Assembly (NCBI GenBank): GCA_010093995.1
Contig: ML992503.1
Coordinates: 2,124,919-2,188,918, forward strand
From: Elsinoe ampelina
Lineage: Eukaryota
Reading direction: 5' to 3'
DNA: 64,000 nucleotides
The translations under genes and the position numbers were made by a program. The notes below the pieces were generated by a model, which was not told the origin of the DNA, ran no database searches, and saw only the letters and a list, made by a program, of their open reading frames with translations. Below are positions 34,203 to 45,438 of the stretch, piece after piece; the stretch's first letter is position 1, and each line of letters starts with the position of its first letter.

Positions 34203-37200
34203 ATGTCTAGATTAGCAAAAATGCTCGAGACTTAGATTCTTAAGAGAGAAAGCAACTATAATACTTAGAGATCAACCCTTAAGGTAGCCCTCCTTAAAAA
34301 GGATATACTTAGATATACAATTTATAACATCGACTAGATACTAGTAGTTATAAAGCCTAAAGAACTAGCCCTAGATACTAGTAAAGGCACTAAGGCAATC
34401 TATAAGGTTAGGAACAAGACCTAGTACAAGAATAATAGAATTGCTTATAGTATTATTATAATAAGGATTTATAAATCTATTAGACCTTACTATAGTATAA
34501 CTTAGAAGACTTTAAAGGAACTTCTAGATACTATTAAAGCTATATTTAAACCTATTGTTTTATATAAGCTATATATAGCTATCTATAACCTTAATAAGGT
34601 AATTATAACGAGTTATAACACCTAAAGGTACTATAAAGATTTTATAAAGTACTATTATTAATATACTATTACTATAGAGTAAAGAGTAAGCACTATTAGT
34701 GCTAAACTAGATAAGTTTAGGCTCTCTCTATACTATATTAAGACTATGTTTATTATAGAAATAGAGACTACTAAATAGTTAAGGAGCTAGAGATCTAGCC
34801 TTAACTATAAGAAAAGTCTTAAAGAGATAATAGACTCTCTTAGAATATAGAAGCCCCTATATAATAGAAGAACTAATCTAAACTCTATTTATAGAGTAGC
34901 TAGTTATATTAAGGATTAATACACTTAGTACACTTATTATATCTACTCTAATATAGATTACTTTAAGTAGTACCCTAAGAAAGTACTAAAGAGTTAGAGT
35001 AAAAGGAATAATAAAGATAGGTTAAATAATAAAGACATAAAGGCTAAAGGTAAAGGTAACAAGTTAAAGACTAAGAAAGTTAGAGGTTAAGTAGCTATTA
35101 AAGAATCTAGAGAACCTACTAAGGTAGGTAAATTAGATAAACGCTCTAATACTAATATTAATATTATTATACTAGTCTATAGAGTAGTAGTAGTATCTAT
35201 ATTATTATCTTTAACCTATAGTAAGAATAGAGCAATCTATAACTCTAGTGCGTTAAGGCACTTTATTAAAGACAGGTTATAGTTCTTAACAATTAAGGTA
35301 TATAAAGGTGTTCTTAAATTTAAATAAGCTATTAGTATAAAGAAGCTACTTAATATAGAAGTAGGTATAGTTAGGCTTACCCTAACTAATAGTAAAGGCA
35401 AGAAGTTAATTATTAAGCTTTATAATTGTATATACTTACTATTATTACTAAACACCCTTATATCTAATCTTTAGAATAAAGAGGAACTTAATATCTCTAT
35501 AGTTAGCAAATCCTTAATAAAGAATAGAAAGGAAGTTAGCCTTATTAAACACTTTAAAAGAGTTAAATAGCTTAAGAACTTTAAAGTATATAAGTCTTAG
35601 AACTATAAGGAATTACCTACAAGGCTAAAACTATAGAAGCTATAGACTATAAGAGTAAATCTAGCTATTATAACTACTTAAAAGCTAACATTAGAAAGAT
35701 AGTACTAGAGGTTAAGCTATGTTAGTAACACTGTTCTCTCCCTTACTAAAAGTTAAGCTATTAGATTAGAAGAACTTTAAATATTAGATCTTAGCTACTA
35801 TAAACTATATACTATATTAAAGGCATAGAGAGTAGTATTAAGGGAACTAAGGGATATACTAAAATGCTTACTAGATAAGCTCTATCTAGACCTTATTAGT
35901 CCTATTAAACTATAGTTAAGTAAGAGCTATAAATATCTTCTCCTTATAATATATAGTAAGAGTAAGTATAAGTTTGTTACTATTCTCTTCCTTAAGAGTA
36001 ATATACTAGCAGTAATTAAACTTATCTATATAAGGAACAAAATAGCCTATAATAAGCTTTTATTTATCTTTATCTCTAATAGAGGAGGTAAATTTAGGAA
36101 CTATAAACTAGTAATAGCTATTTATCTTAAAGGGTAAAGATAGAACATCTCTACACCTAATACTTAATACTAGAATAGTGAATCTAAGGCCACTAACAAA
36201 GTAGTTATTCTTAGAATAAGGTATATCTTTGTTAATTATAGAGCACCCCTTAAACTCTAGTATATAGTTATAGAGTTTATAATCTACATTAGTAATAGGA
36301 TTACCTATACTAAAACTAAGAAGATCCCTATATAAGAGCTTAGAAAGAATCTTCTTAATAATAATAAGCTAGTCTTATTAACTTATATTAGATGCTTCGG
36401 CTATAGAGCCTATATCTATAACTAACATGTTTCTAAATTATACAAATTCTAAGCTAGAGTACTACTTAGTTAGCATATTAGTATATAGAACAACTTAACA
36501 ACTAATTACCTTATCTAGATACTCTATTAGTATTATACTTAGTAAGCCTAGAAGGGAAAGATTATTATATTACTCTATATAACATTTAATAAGAATATAG
36601 TCTATAAAGACTAGGTAATATAAGTTATTAAATAGCTATATATCCTATAGGTATAATAACCTAAGGCTTTATAGCTTTAGGAGGAGCAGACATTTAGTAG
36701 TAATTATAATTAAGACTATAGCTATAACTAACTACCCTTTAGTTATAAGAATCTATAAACTACTTAGGCTAAATAACCTTAAGTTAAACAACTAACATCT
36801 AACTACCTTTCTATCCCTAGATATAAATAACAATTATCTACCCCTATTAAAGAATAGAAGGAGTAATACTAATATCCTAAACTAGATCCTTAACCTATTA
36901 ATAAATAGAGAGAGCAACTTAATGTTACTAATTATAAAGGTAAAGACCTTATAACACTACTACCTAAAGTTATTAGTGAACTATATTTAACCTTTAATCC
37001 TATAGTTAATGTTAATTAACTACTAATATATATATAGAATAAGGATGTTAACTTCCTTATTATACTATTTAACATATAACCTCTAACTAGTAAAAGGAAG
37101 AGATCTCTCTTACTATAAGAAACTATTAGAAGGTCCCTTAGAATATATCGCTAGATTAATTATAAGAAACTTAATAATAGTAAGATTATTAGATCTATAG

Positions 37201-37919
37201 CTATTAATTTTAAGCTAGACCTATAAATAGTAAGAGATATACTATTCTCTTCTAAAGGTTATTACTAGTAAGCTATAATAGAGACAGAGTAGAAGGCTCT
37301 AACTAACTCTAAAACCTTTTTAATTATTAAGAAATCTTAGGCACTAAGAGGTGTTAGGCTAATAACAGGTAAATAGGTCTTTAAGACTAAGAGGCTTACT
37401 AATAGTAAAGTTGAAAGATATAAGGCTCGTTAGACTATAAGGAGCTTTACTTAAAGAGTAGATATTAACTTTGTTAGAACCTTTATACTAACACTAAGAG
37501 CTAAAACTAGAAGAGTAATCCTTGTATATGCTCTTTATTATAACTAGGTTATTATAACAGTAGATATAGTTACTATATTCCTTAGACTAGATATTAATAT
37601 TAAGAACTATATCTCCTACCTAGAAGGCGTACTAATTCCTAGTAAATAGGACAAGCTTATTATTCTTATAAAGGGCTTATATAGGCTTAAGTAAGCTACT
37701 ACCCTCTAGTATAACGCTATAGTTAAGGCACTTCTATTACTTAGCTTTAACAAATCCTATAGTAATACCTATCTCTTTATTAACAAGTATTATATAGTTC
37801 TTATATATGTTAATAACTTTAGAATTATTACTACTAGGTAGAAGTATATAGATAAGCTAGTTAAAGATCTTTATCTTAAGTTTCTAATAAAGATTATAAA
37901 CTTAAACCTCTTCCTTAGT
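34203..37919 (+). pseudogene. RIP-inactivated gag-pol polyprotein
   Basis: De-RIPed motifs: gag L.GESNYDTW (~34240), Zn knuckle (~34920), protease IYDSGASRH (~35235), pre-integrase WHxRLxH/CxxC (35700-35810), integrase HLDLIGP, SDGGGEF and QNG.SE, RT KWVFK..RYKAR (~37371-37430), and YVDD relic TATGTTAATAAC (37806-37817). Confidence 0.9.
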
Positions 37920-38832
37920 NNNNNNNNNNNNNNNNNNNNNNNNNNNNNNNNNNNNNNNNNNNNNNNNNNNNNNNNNNNNNNNNNNNNNNNNNNNNNNNNN
38001 NNNNNNNNNNNNNNNNNNNNNNNNNNNNNNNNNNNNNNNNNNNNNNNNNNNNNNNNNNNNNNNNNNNNNNNNNNNNNNNNNNNNNNNNNNNNNNNNNNNN
38101 NNNNNNNNNNNNNNNNNNNNNNNNNNNNNNNNNNNNNNNNNNNNNNNNNNNNNNNNNNNNNNNNNNNNNNNNNNNNNNNNNNNNNNNNNNNNNNNNNNNN
38201 NNNNNNNNNNNNNNNNNNNNNNNNNNNNNNNNNNNNNNNNNNNNNNNNNNNNNNNNNNNNNNNNNNNNNNNNNNNNNNNNNNNNNNNNNNNNNNNNNNNN
38301 NNNNNNNNNNNNNNNNNNNNNNNNNNNNNNNNNNNNNNNNNNNNNNNNNNNNNNNNNNNNNNNNNNNNNNNNNNNNNNNNNNNNNNNNNNNNNNNNNNNN
38401 NNNNNNNNNNNNNNNNNNNNNNNNNNNNNNNNNNNNNNNNNNNNNNNNNNNNNNNNNNNNNNNNNNNNNNNNNNNNNNNNNNNNNNNNNNNNNNNNNNNN
38501 NNNNNNNNNNNNNNNNNNNNNNNNNNNNNNNNNNNNNNNNNNNNNNNNNNNNNNNNNNNNNNNNNNNNNNNNNNNNNNNNNNNNNNNNNNNNNNNNNNNN
38601 NNNNNNNNNNNNNNNNNNNNNNNNNNNNNNNNNNNNNNNNNNNNNNNNNNNNNNNNNNNNNNNNNNNNNNNNNNNNNNNNNNNNNNNNNNNNNNNNNNNN
38701 NNNNNNNNNNNNNNNNNNNGAGAGAAAGAAAAAGCTATTATAACTCTATTACTAGCTACTTATACCTAAGCTATATCTACTACTTAGTACTATTATTACC
38801 TTTAATAACCTCTACCTATCCCCTACCTCTAA

Positions 38833-39986
38833 TTACTTCTTTATAGAAGGAGAACCCCTTCCCTTATTACTACTAGTAGACCTTATAGAAGTGTTAGATC
38901 TAGACCTACTATACCTTATTAGTACTAGGCCTAGTATAAAGGCATAAATAGGAGAAAGCTAACTAGAGTAGCTAGTAGCTATAATCCTTATAAGCTCTAC
39001 TATATAGTTTGTTACTATAGTAGCTAAGTTATAAACCTTAGTAGTAGTTAAGTTAGTAGGATCTACAAAGTTTGTAGGGACTACTATAAAGTAGTAAGAG
39101 TTAGTATAAGTTATTAAGGTATTAACTACACCTAATAATACCGCTAGTATATAGGCCCTTAGTAAGAACCTCTAAGGCAAAGTACTACTAAAAGAGACAG
39201 ACCTTAGGAGCTCTATTAGTAGGTGTATTAGGCTATATAGAATAGGCTAAGTAATGACTCTTAAGCTACTTAAGGTCCTTATAGGTTTAGGAGAGCTAAT
39301 AGGCCTTAGAGTTAAAGTATAGTTAGCTAAGAAATATCTAGTATATTAGTTGCTATAAGTATAGCAAGTGTAGGCCTTATTAAGCTAACTAGGCAAAGTA
39401 ATGCACTTACTAAACTTACTACCCCTGCCCTTACTCTAATTATTACTAGGGTTAGATCTCTAACACTTAGTATAGCAATTAGTACTATAGTAGACTACTC
39501 TACTAGTAGCACTAGAAGCTATTAAAGTAGTAGAGTAGTTAGTAGATCTAGTAAGGTTAACTTGCTTAGTTAGATCCTTAACTAGAATAGAATTAGTAAC
39601 TACTAGGTGTACACTATAGGTACTAAAGGCCTAGACTACTATAGACCTTTAGATAGGATATAAGTTAGTATAGTTATAATAACTAATTATCCTAAGCCTA
39701 AGGAGAGTATTCTAGATTATGTCGGCTAACTATTAAGTCAAAGTCTAAGTTAATTAAGCTATTAATGTTAGCTTGTGCTATTAATGCTTTATAGCTACTT
39801 ACTAAGAGTATTAAGACAAGTAATTAGTCTTATAGTAGTATTATAATTAACATTAGAAGTACTAGGTAACCTTAATAAAGGATTTCTCTTCTTACTACTA
39901 CCTCCGCTACCTAGTAAACTACTTAGAGCACTAGCACTAGTAGTAATACTACTAATGCCTAGCTATTACTATACTATAGCACTTAT
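38833..39986 (-). pseudogene. RIP-inactivated antisense accessory gene inside the Copia element; ~370 codons, one intron (39759-39802), DUF3716-like Cys6 domain
   Basis: One continuous frame interrupted only by TAA/TAG, with intron GTAAGT...GCTAAC...TAG in the correct phase and a Cys cluster at 39330-39480. Confidence 0.7.
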
Positions 39987-40336
39987 GTTATAAGTGTTAT
40001 TAATGTAGTATAGTAAGAAGGTAAAAGTATTATATAAAAGAAAAGGCTACTACTATAAGTGTAATAAAGGAAAGAGAAATTATAAAGAGGCTAGTTAGAT
40101 ACTTATATCTCTTTAATTAAGACTTATAAGCTAGTCTATTTACATAAATAATAGCTGCCTAGCTATTATTAATAGTTACTATTGTTGCTAGCAATTATAA
40201 GCTAAACTAATAGTGAATTCTTACTAATAATTAGCTAACACTAACAATTATAAGCAATTATAAAGAGATAAAGTAATAAGCTAATTACTTTACTTACATG
40301 TAATAGGATAGTTCTCTAGCTTTAGTAATCTATACT

Positions 40337-40346
40337 AGAGGGGGAG
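40337..40346 (+). promoter_or_regulatory. Polypurine tract AGAGGGGGAG
   Basis: Directly abuts the 3' LTR. Confidence 0.85.
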
Positions 40347-40488
40347 TGTTATAATAGAAGGCTAGTACAGCTTCTCTAGTACTAAAGAACTGGTACTAAT
40401 AAGTTAGCGCACGCACAGTAGATAAATCGGTTATTGTAACTCTCTGAATAAAACACACGTCTCTCGATCCGATTTGCTAGTTACAACA
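40347..40488 (+). repeat. 3' LTR (142 bp)
   Basis: TGTTATAA...TTACAACA followed by the GAAAG TSD. Confidence 0.95.
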
Positions 40489-40620
40489 GAAAGCAGGCAG
40501 CACGGGCCCTGATCCACCTGTCCCGAGCCAGAGTGTGGGGGCCGGCGGGATATTAGGTAGGATGCACACCGAGACGGTCATCTGCTTGTTTCACTCCAAG
40601 TCGTGCAGGAGAAAAGGTGA

Positions 40621-41388
40621 TCATTGTATGTACAATACCCTCTTGACAAAGGCAACTAGATCATCCACGCCTTGAGGCTCATTCAGCCAATGGCCCCCAT
40701 CAACATACTCACGCCATTCCACCTCCGCCCCAAGCTTCCCCAGAAGCTCACACAACCGCCTGCCATTGCTCACAGGTATAACCTCATCATCCTCACAATG
40801 CCCCAAGAAGACTGGTAGTGATCGCGTTTCTCCTACCACCCCAGCCTGCCCATTCGTCAACCCCATCACCCGTGCCACCCTCTCCTTCCCCTCCCTCTCC
40901 CCCTCCACAATCTTCTCCACCTCCTCACCAAGAGCAAACCACGTACTCAACCCAACAAACCCTACACAACCCGTCCTCAACACAGCATGCACCCCCACCG
41001 CCGCCCCCTGACTCATCCCAGCAACCAACACCTTCTCCCTCCCCACCACCGCCACCTCCCGCTCGATAATCCCCACCACCTCCCCAACACTGGTGCTCAA
41101 CTCCACCACTTGCTCCCTCCACCTCTCATCCGGGTTCTGCACATCCCACATGTCGAACCACTGCGTCATGTCGCAATCGAAGCGGGCGCTGCGTAGCGTG
41201 GGCGCCGAGGGGAATACCCATCGCACGCCTGGTAGGAGTTGAGGCAGGGTGAGGTCGTCGCTCGCTTGTGATTCGAAGATTTCAGAGGCGAATTCTGTTG
41301 CCGTCGAGTCCTTGCCGTGGAGGAAGATGACGGTGTGTGTGTGTTCGGCGAGGGGTGCGACGACGTGCGTCGTGGTTCGTGGTGACAT
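40621..41388 (-). CDS. Phospholipase/carboxylesterase (acyl-protein thioesterase-like alpha/beta hydrolase)
   Basis: HTHTVIFLHG, WVFPSAP, QWFD, nucleophile GMSQG, D in DDEVIP and catalytic H in GGHW. Confidence 0.9.
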   Translation of the reverse strand: MSPRTTTHVVAPLAEHTHTVIFLHGKDSTATEFASEIFESQASDDLTLPQLLPGVRWVFPSAPTLRSARFDCDMTQWFDMWDVQNPDERWREQVVELSTSVGEVVGIIEREVAVVGREKVLVAGMSQGAAVGVHAVLRTGCVGFVGLSTWFALGEEVEKIVEGEREGKERVARVMGLTNGQAGVVGETRSLPVFLGHCEDDEVIPVSNGRRLCELLGKLGAEVEWREYVDGGHWLNEPQGVDDLVAFVKRVLYIQ

Positions 41389-41627
41389 GTCGATGATGGC
41401 TTTGCCTTGTGGCGGGTCTGGTAGTAATTTGGTAAGAAATGTGGTGAGTACACTCTGGTCAGCAGAATTTCAGCTATATATGCTCGAGGTGAGTCACGAA
41501 GCTTGCTTCTTTGCAAAAAGGAAATGCATCTTTCTGGTAGTTTTGATTGCTTTTTGATTTTGTAAAATATGGCTCTTTTCGGCTTCCGTATTACGCCGTC
41601 CCGATGTGGTAGTTTCTATATTACATT

Positions 41628-42962
41628 TCAAGGTTCGTCAGTCAAGTTCCTCGTCTGGCGGGTCTCGCCTGGGATCTCGTCGATCTCGAGAGCCTCAATG
41701 CCGTCCCCGGTGATGCGGACAGCACCGGCTCGTACGAGAGCCTGTTGCAGGTCATCCAATAGATCAGCAATATCCTCGATACCAACGCAGAGACGAATGA
41801 TATCTTCTGGTAGTGATCGCTCTTTTCGAGTGGCTGCATCGATGCTTGCGTGGCTCATGCGGCAGGGCATACTGATCAGACTGTTAACGCAGCCGAAAGA
41901 TACGGAGATACCAAATAGCCTGGTAGCCTCAACAATCCTCTCCGAAACCTGAGTGGAACCGGTCTCGAAAGAGAGCACAGCACCAGCGCCACGCGCTTGT
42001 GACCAGTGAAGGTCGTACTGTGGGTGGCTCTTCAAGCCAGGAAATCTGACCTTGAAGCCATGGTTCTCCAAGAATGTCGCAATAGCCATTGCATTGCTCT
42101 GCTGCTTCTCCATGCGGACGGACAAAGTCTTGACACCACGCAGCAAGAGCCAAGAGTCAAATGGGCTCAATCCGCATCCTGATGCGTTGATGGTGAAGAA
42201 GAGCTTATCACCGATCTCCGAGCTATTGACTGCCATGACACCAGCCATAACATCGTGATGACCAGACAAATACTTTGTGCCGGATTCGTACGAGATATCT
42301 GCACCCAGATCGAGCGGGTTCTGGAGCATAGGAGACATCATGGTGTTGTCAACAATGACCAAGGCTTTCGGATTGACCTCATGCGCAGCAGTCGCAATGG
42401 TGGAGATGTCAACAACCTTGATCAAGGGGTTTGTCGGGCTTTCCAACAAAACCATGGTGGTCTTGGGTGTGAGGACAGACTTGACGGCCTCGGCATCTGT
42501 GGTATCGACGTGATGCACCACAATGCCTCCGTTGCTAGCCAGATACTTGAGCAAGCGGCTGGTGCCTCCGTAAAGATCATCACCAGTGACAACCTCGTCT
42601 CCGGGCTTGAGAATTCTGGTGATGACATCGAGTGCGCCCATACCAGACGATACGACCAGCGCACGTCTGGCGTTCATGATCTTGGCCATGTGCCTTTCCA
42701 AGTGTGTACGTGTGGGGTTCCCAGATCTTGTGTAGTCATACTCGTTGCCCTCGCCTTTGAACGTGGCTGATTGGTAGATGGGCATGCTACTAGAGTTGTA
42801 CTGATCGTTGGTCTCCGTATAGACCAGCTCGGTGGCCAAGGCATACTTGCGTCCATTGCTCGGGCTGGATGGGGCTGGCGAGGGAGGTAGGTCGTGGCCG
42901 TCGAGGTCGCGGTTTTGAAACGCCTTGCCAATGCCGCTTCCGGAGGCTTTTGAGGATGACAT
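41628..42962 (-). CDS. STR3: Cystathionine beta-lyase
   Basis: PIYQSATF, YDYTRSGNPTR, SSGM, LYGGT, ESPTNP, VDNT, PLP Lys in ESGTKYLSGHHD, and ISVSFGCVNSLISMPC. Confidence 0.92.
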   Translation of the reverse strand: MSSSKASGSGIGKAFQNRDLDGHDLPPSPAPSSPSNGRKYALATELVYTETNDQYNSSSMPIYQSATFKGEGNEYDYTRSGNPTRTHLERHMAKIMNARRALVVSSGMGALDVITRILKPGDEVVTGDDLYGGTSRLLKYLASNGGIVVHHVDTTDAEAVKSVLTPKTTMVLLESPTNPLIKVVDISTIATAAHEVNPKALVIVDNTMMSPMLQNPLDLGADISYESGTKYLSGHHDVMAGVMAVNSSEIGDKLFFTINASGCGLSPFDSWLLLRGVKTLSVRMEKQQSNAMAIATFLENHGFKVRFPGLKSHPQYDLHWSQARGAGAVLSFETGSTQVSERIVEATRLFGISVSFGCVNSLISMPCRMSHASIDAATRKERSLPEDIIRLCVGIEDIADLLDDLQQALVRAGAVRITGDGIEALEIDEIPGETRQTRNLTDEP

Positions 42963-43479
42963 GTCGGGGATTGGTGGTTTTTGAAGAGGGCCAGAGACCT
43001 CTATGCTGTATCTAGGAGGATGAGATTGTGAATGTGTTGCTATCTTGGCCGCAAGGAAGATAGACTGCTTCGAGTGTGATTGATATTAGTTGTTTGCAGG
43101 TGTAGGTGACTGTGTGCTCGAAGGCTCTGCGGGCAAAGCAGAACGGAGTCGGAAGAACAATGTGGGGTCTGACCTCGGAGATAGGCTGGAATTGGCCTCT
43201 TCACCGATGGCGTGCTCGTGGGTCTGATCCGATATCGGCCGAGTACGTTCACGATGTTTGTGGGACTCTGGGATTGAAAATAAATCCGGTCAACTTCTGT
43301 CAATTATGAGATGGGGCTTCACTTTCGCCAAGCTGAGGAGATCGGGATTGTAGAAGCGAGGCGTCTGACCGAGGCCAGGCATTTATTCCTTCACACTACA
43401 GCGGTAGGTTTGCTGAGTCTTTCAGCGCTTCATTTCGTGCTCTGCTCAGTCAACTTTCGAACTTCTCTACAATTTCTGC

Positions 43480-44484
43480 CTAGACACAGTCAGCGACGTC
43501 ATAGTCAACTTAGCCCTGCCAGATGATTATTTCGATGCACCCTCGGATGTTCAACCAACCCAGGCCAATAGACCTGTGCAAGATGAGCAATATGGTTTGG
43601 CAGAGATTTCGGGATGGTCCGCCGCATGTTCATGGTATGGCGTCGAAACCAGGACAATTGCGAACTACACCATCAGTCAACCATTCCAGGACCTGCCCGG
43701 ATTGTGGTGTCTGAACCCTGGAGAATCGGATCCATCTTATAGGCAAGCTATTCTGTTGGTGACTCGGTCATCGTCCTCGACTCGACCGCACACCAGAGCC
43801 GATTCGTCATGCAATGGGTACAGGAGACTCTGGGCAAGAACGTTACACACATTTGGGTATGGTAGAGTGTTCACCTAACTTTGCTATTGCTAACATTGAA
43901 CGCAGCCATCCCAGCACCACCACGATCACTCTCTCGGCGTGAGAGACTACGTCAGAGTCGGCGCCAGTATCATCGCACTGGATGACACGCAAGAGTACCA
44001 CAGCGGCATTCCAGGAGTCTCATTCCTTCCATTCACCTGAGTTCGTGAAGTTCTATGTCAGCTGCAGATTCCAACAACCGCAAAGAAGCGATGTACCAAT
44101 GACCAACCAGGACGACAAGATGCAAGCCACCTTTTCCACTCTGCCGATGAGAGCTACGCCTTCATCACACCGACCAATCCCGGCATAAACAGCACTGTCG
44201 CGGTTCTCGATGCTGACCACGTCACTCCCTCGTTGGACACCACACTGGAGTCTGCTGCGCCCATGGAGCTGGTGGACCAGATGGCGAAGGATGGTGTGAC
44301 CAGCACGGCAACGTAAGCAATTCCAATATACCAGATCGTTGAAGAGAAGCTGATCACTCTTGCTAGACTTACCTCTGCACATGAGGAGCTGATGCCAGTA
44401 ACGAGGGTCATCCGGGCTGTCGACTACCAGTACCCGGAGCTCTCTGCGACCGGCTTCAAGTACCTGAGACTCCTCAGGGTGTGA
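43480..44484 (+). pseudogene. Degenerate, 5'-truncated metallo-beta-lactamase-fold hydrolase
   Basis: Stitched frames give ...DPSYRQAIL / VGDSVIVLDSTAHQSRFVMQWVQETLGKNVTHIW|PSQHHHDHSLGVRDYVRVGASII. Frameshift at ~43755, TGA at 44038-44040, and introns 43857-43905 and 44313-44366. Confidence 0.7.
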
Positions 44485-44728
44485 AGGGGCGTCTTGCGTG
44501 GACCCTACTCCTTATCAATCTCGAGAGGGCGAGGCAAATGTTGAGCTCACGGGGGTGGTGGCGTGCACGGAACATCGGGAATGTACAGGACAGGGTTTAC
44601 GGAGTGAATAGAGCGCAATGCGTTGGCCGGCGTGTACAAGATGTATGGAGTGCATGTAGAATAAAGACATAATATGATGCAGTCAGAGAGATATCACTCA
44701 TTCATCATATCCTCCCAACCTCCCTACC

Positions 44729-45169
44729 TCATCCCCTCTTCTCCTTCCCCCCTCCTCCCATCCGCCACATCTCCACCGCATACCCAACCCAAGCCGCCAC
44801 CACCACCCCACCAAACACAATCTTCTGCGCCCCCTTCCCGCTCGTCTCAAACTCCGGATCCTGCCAATCCGTCCCAGGATACAGTATCGCACTCAGCCCC
44901 GTCAGACCATAGAGACTGCTCACCAAAGCCGCCACCCAAACCGAATCCCTACTTTGCTGCAGCGACATGGTGGGTCGGAAACACAGGTAGGCACTCAGGA
45001 GCACAAGAGCGATGGAAAGGCTCATGGTTTGGCCATTGTGGAATTTGGCGTGGGGTGGCCAGCGGGGGTTGAGGACGTGGGTTTCGGTCCAGTCGAAGGT
45101 GAAGGCGCCAAAGGCGGTGAAGATGTTGCTTAGGACGATGAGGAGGCGGCCGTATGGGATGGTGGGCAT
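44729..45169 (-). CDS. Small four-TM membrane protein (DUF6640-like by recall)
   Basis: DWTETHVLNPRWPPHAKFHNGQTMSL and LYPGTDWQDPEF motifs with four hydrophobic segments. ATG at 45169. Confidence 0.75.
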   Translation of the reverse strand: MPTIPYGRLLIVLSNIFTAFGAFTFDWTETHVLNPRWPPHAKFHNGQTMSLSIALVLLSAYLCFRPTMSLQQSRDSVWVAALVSSLYGLTGLSAILYPGTDWQDPEFETSGKGAQKIVFGGVVVAAWVGYAVEMWRMGGGGKEKRG

Positions 45170-45438
45170 TGTGGTTGATGCCAAGGATTGACCGAGATAT
45201 CGGTGTATGAGTTAACATAGATGAGCAAGGAAGCAAGAAAGGTGGGCGGTGTGGGCGGTGTATGCGTGACACCCCGCTTCAACGTCACAGGGAGGAATCA
45301 CTGACTTCGTCATGCATGTCATGTTGCCGGGCAGAGGCACAGATGATATTCGTGTCTGCAAAATGTTCATGGATGGTCTATGTACGAAGGTGTGCAAATT
45401 TCACAATGGAAACTCATCTGTCTTTGATGAGACCTCCT

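Larger units (their letters stand above)
33837..40488 (+). mobile_element. Full-length RIP-mutated Ty1/Copia LTR retrotransposon (800-N assembly gap at 37920-38719)
   Basis: Paired 142-bp LTRs (TG...CA), GAAAG TSD at 33832-33836 and 40489-40493, PBS and PPT. Interior is extremely TpA-rich, with relic gag-PR-INT-RT order. Confidence 0.96.

Noticed and set aside
37920..38719. 800-N run inside the retrotransposon
   Set aside because: Assembly gap, probably covering the RT end and RNase H. The matching LTRs and TSD support one element, but the content cannot be read.
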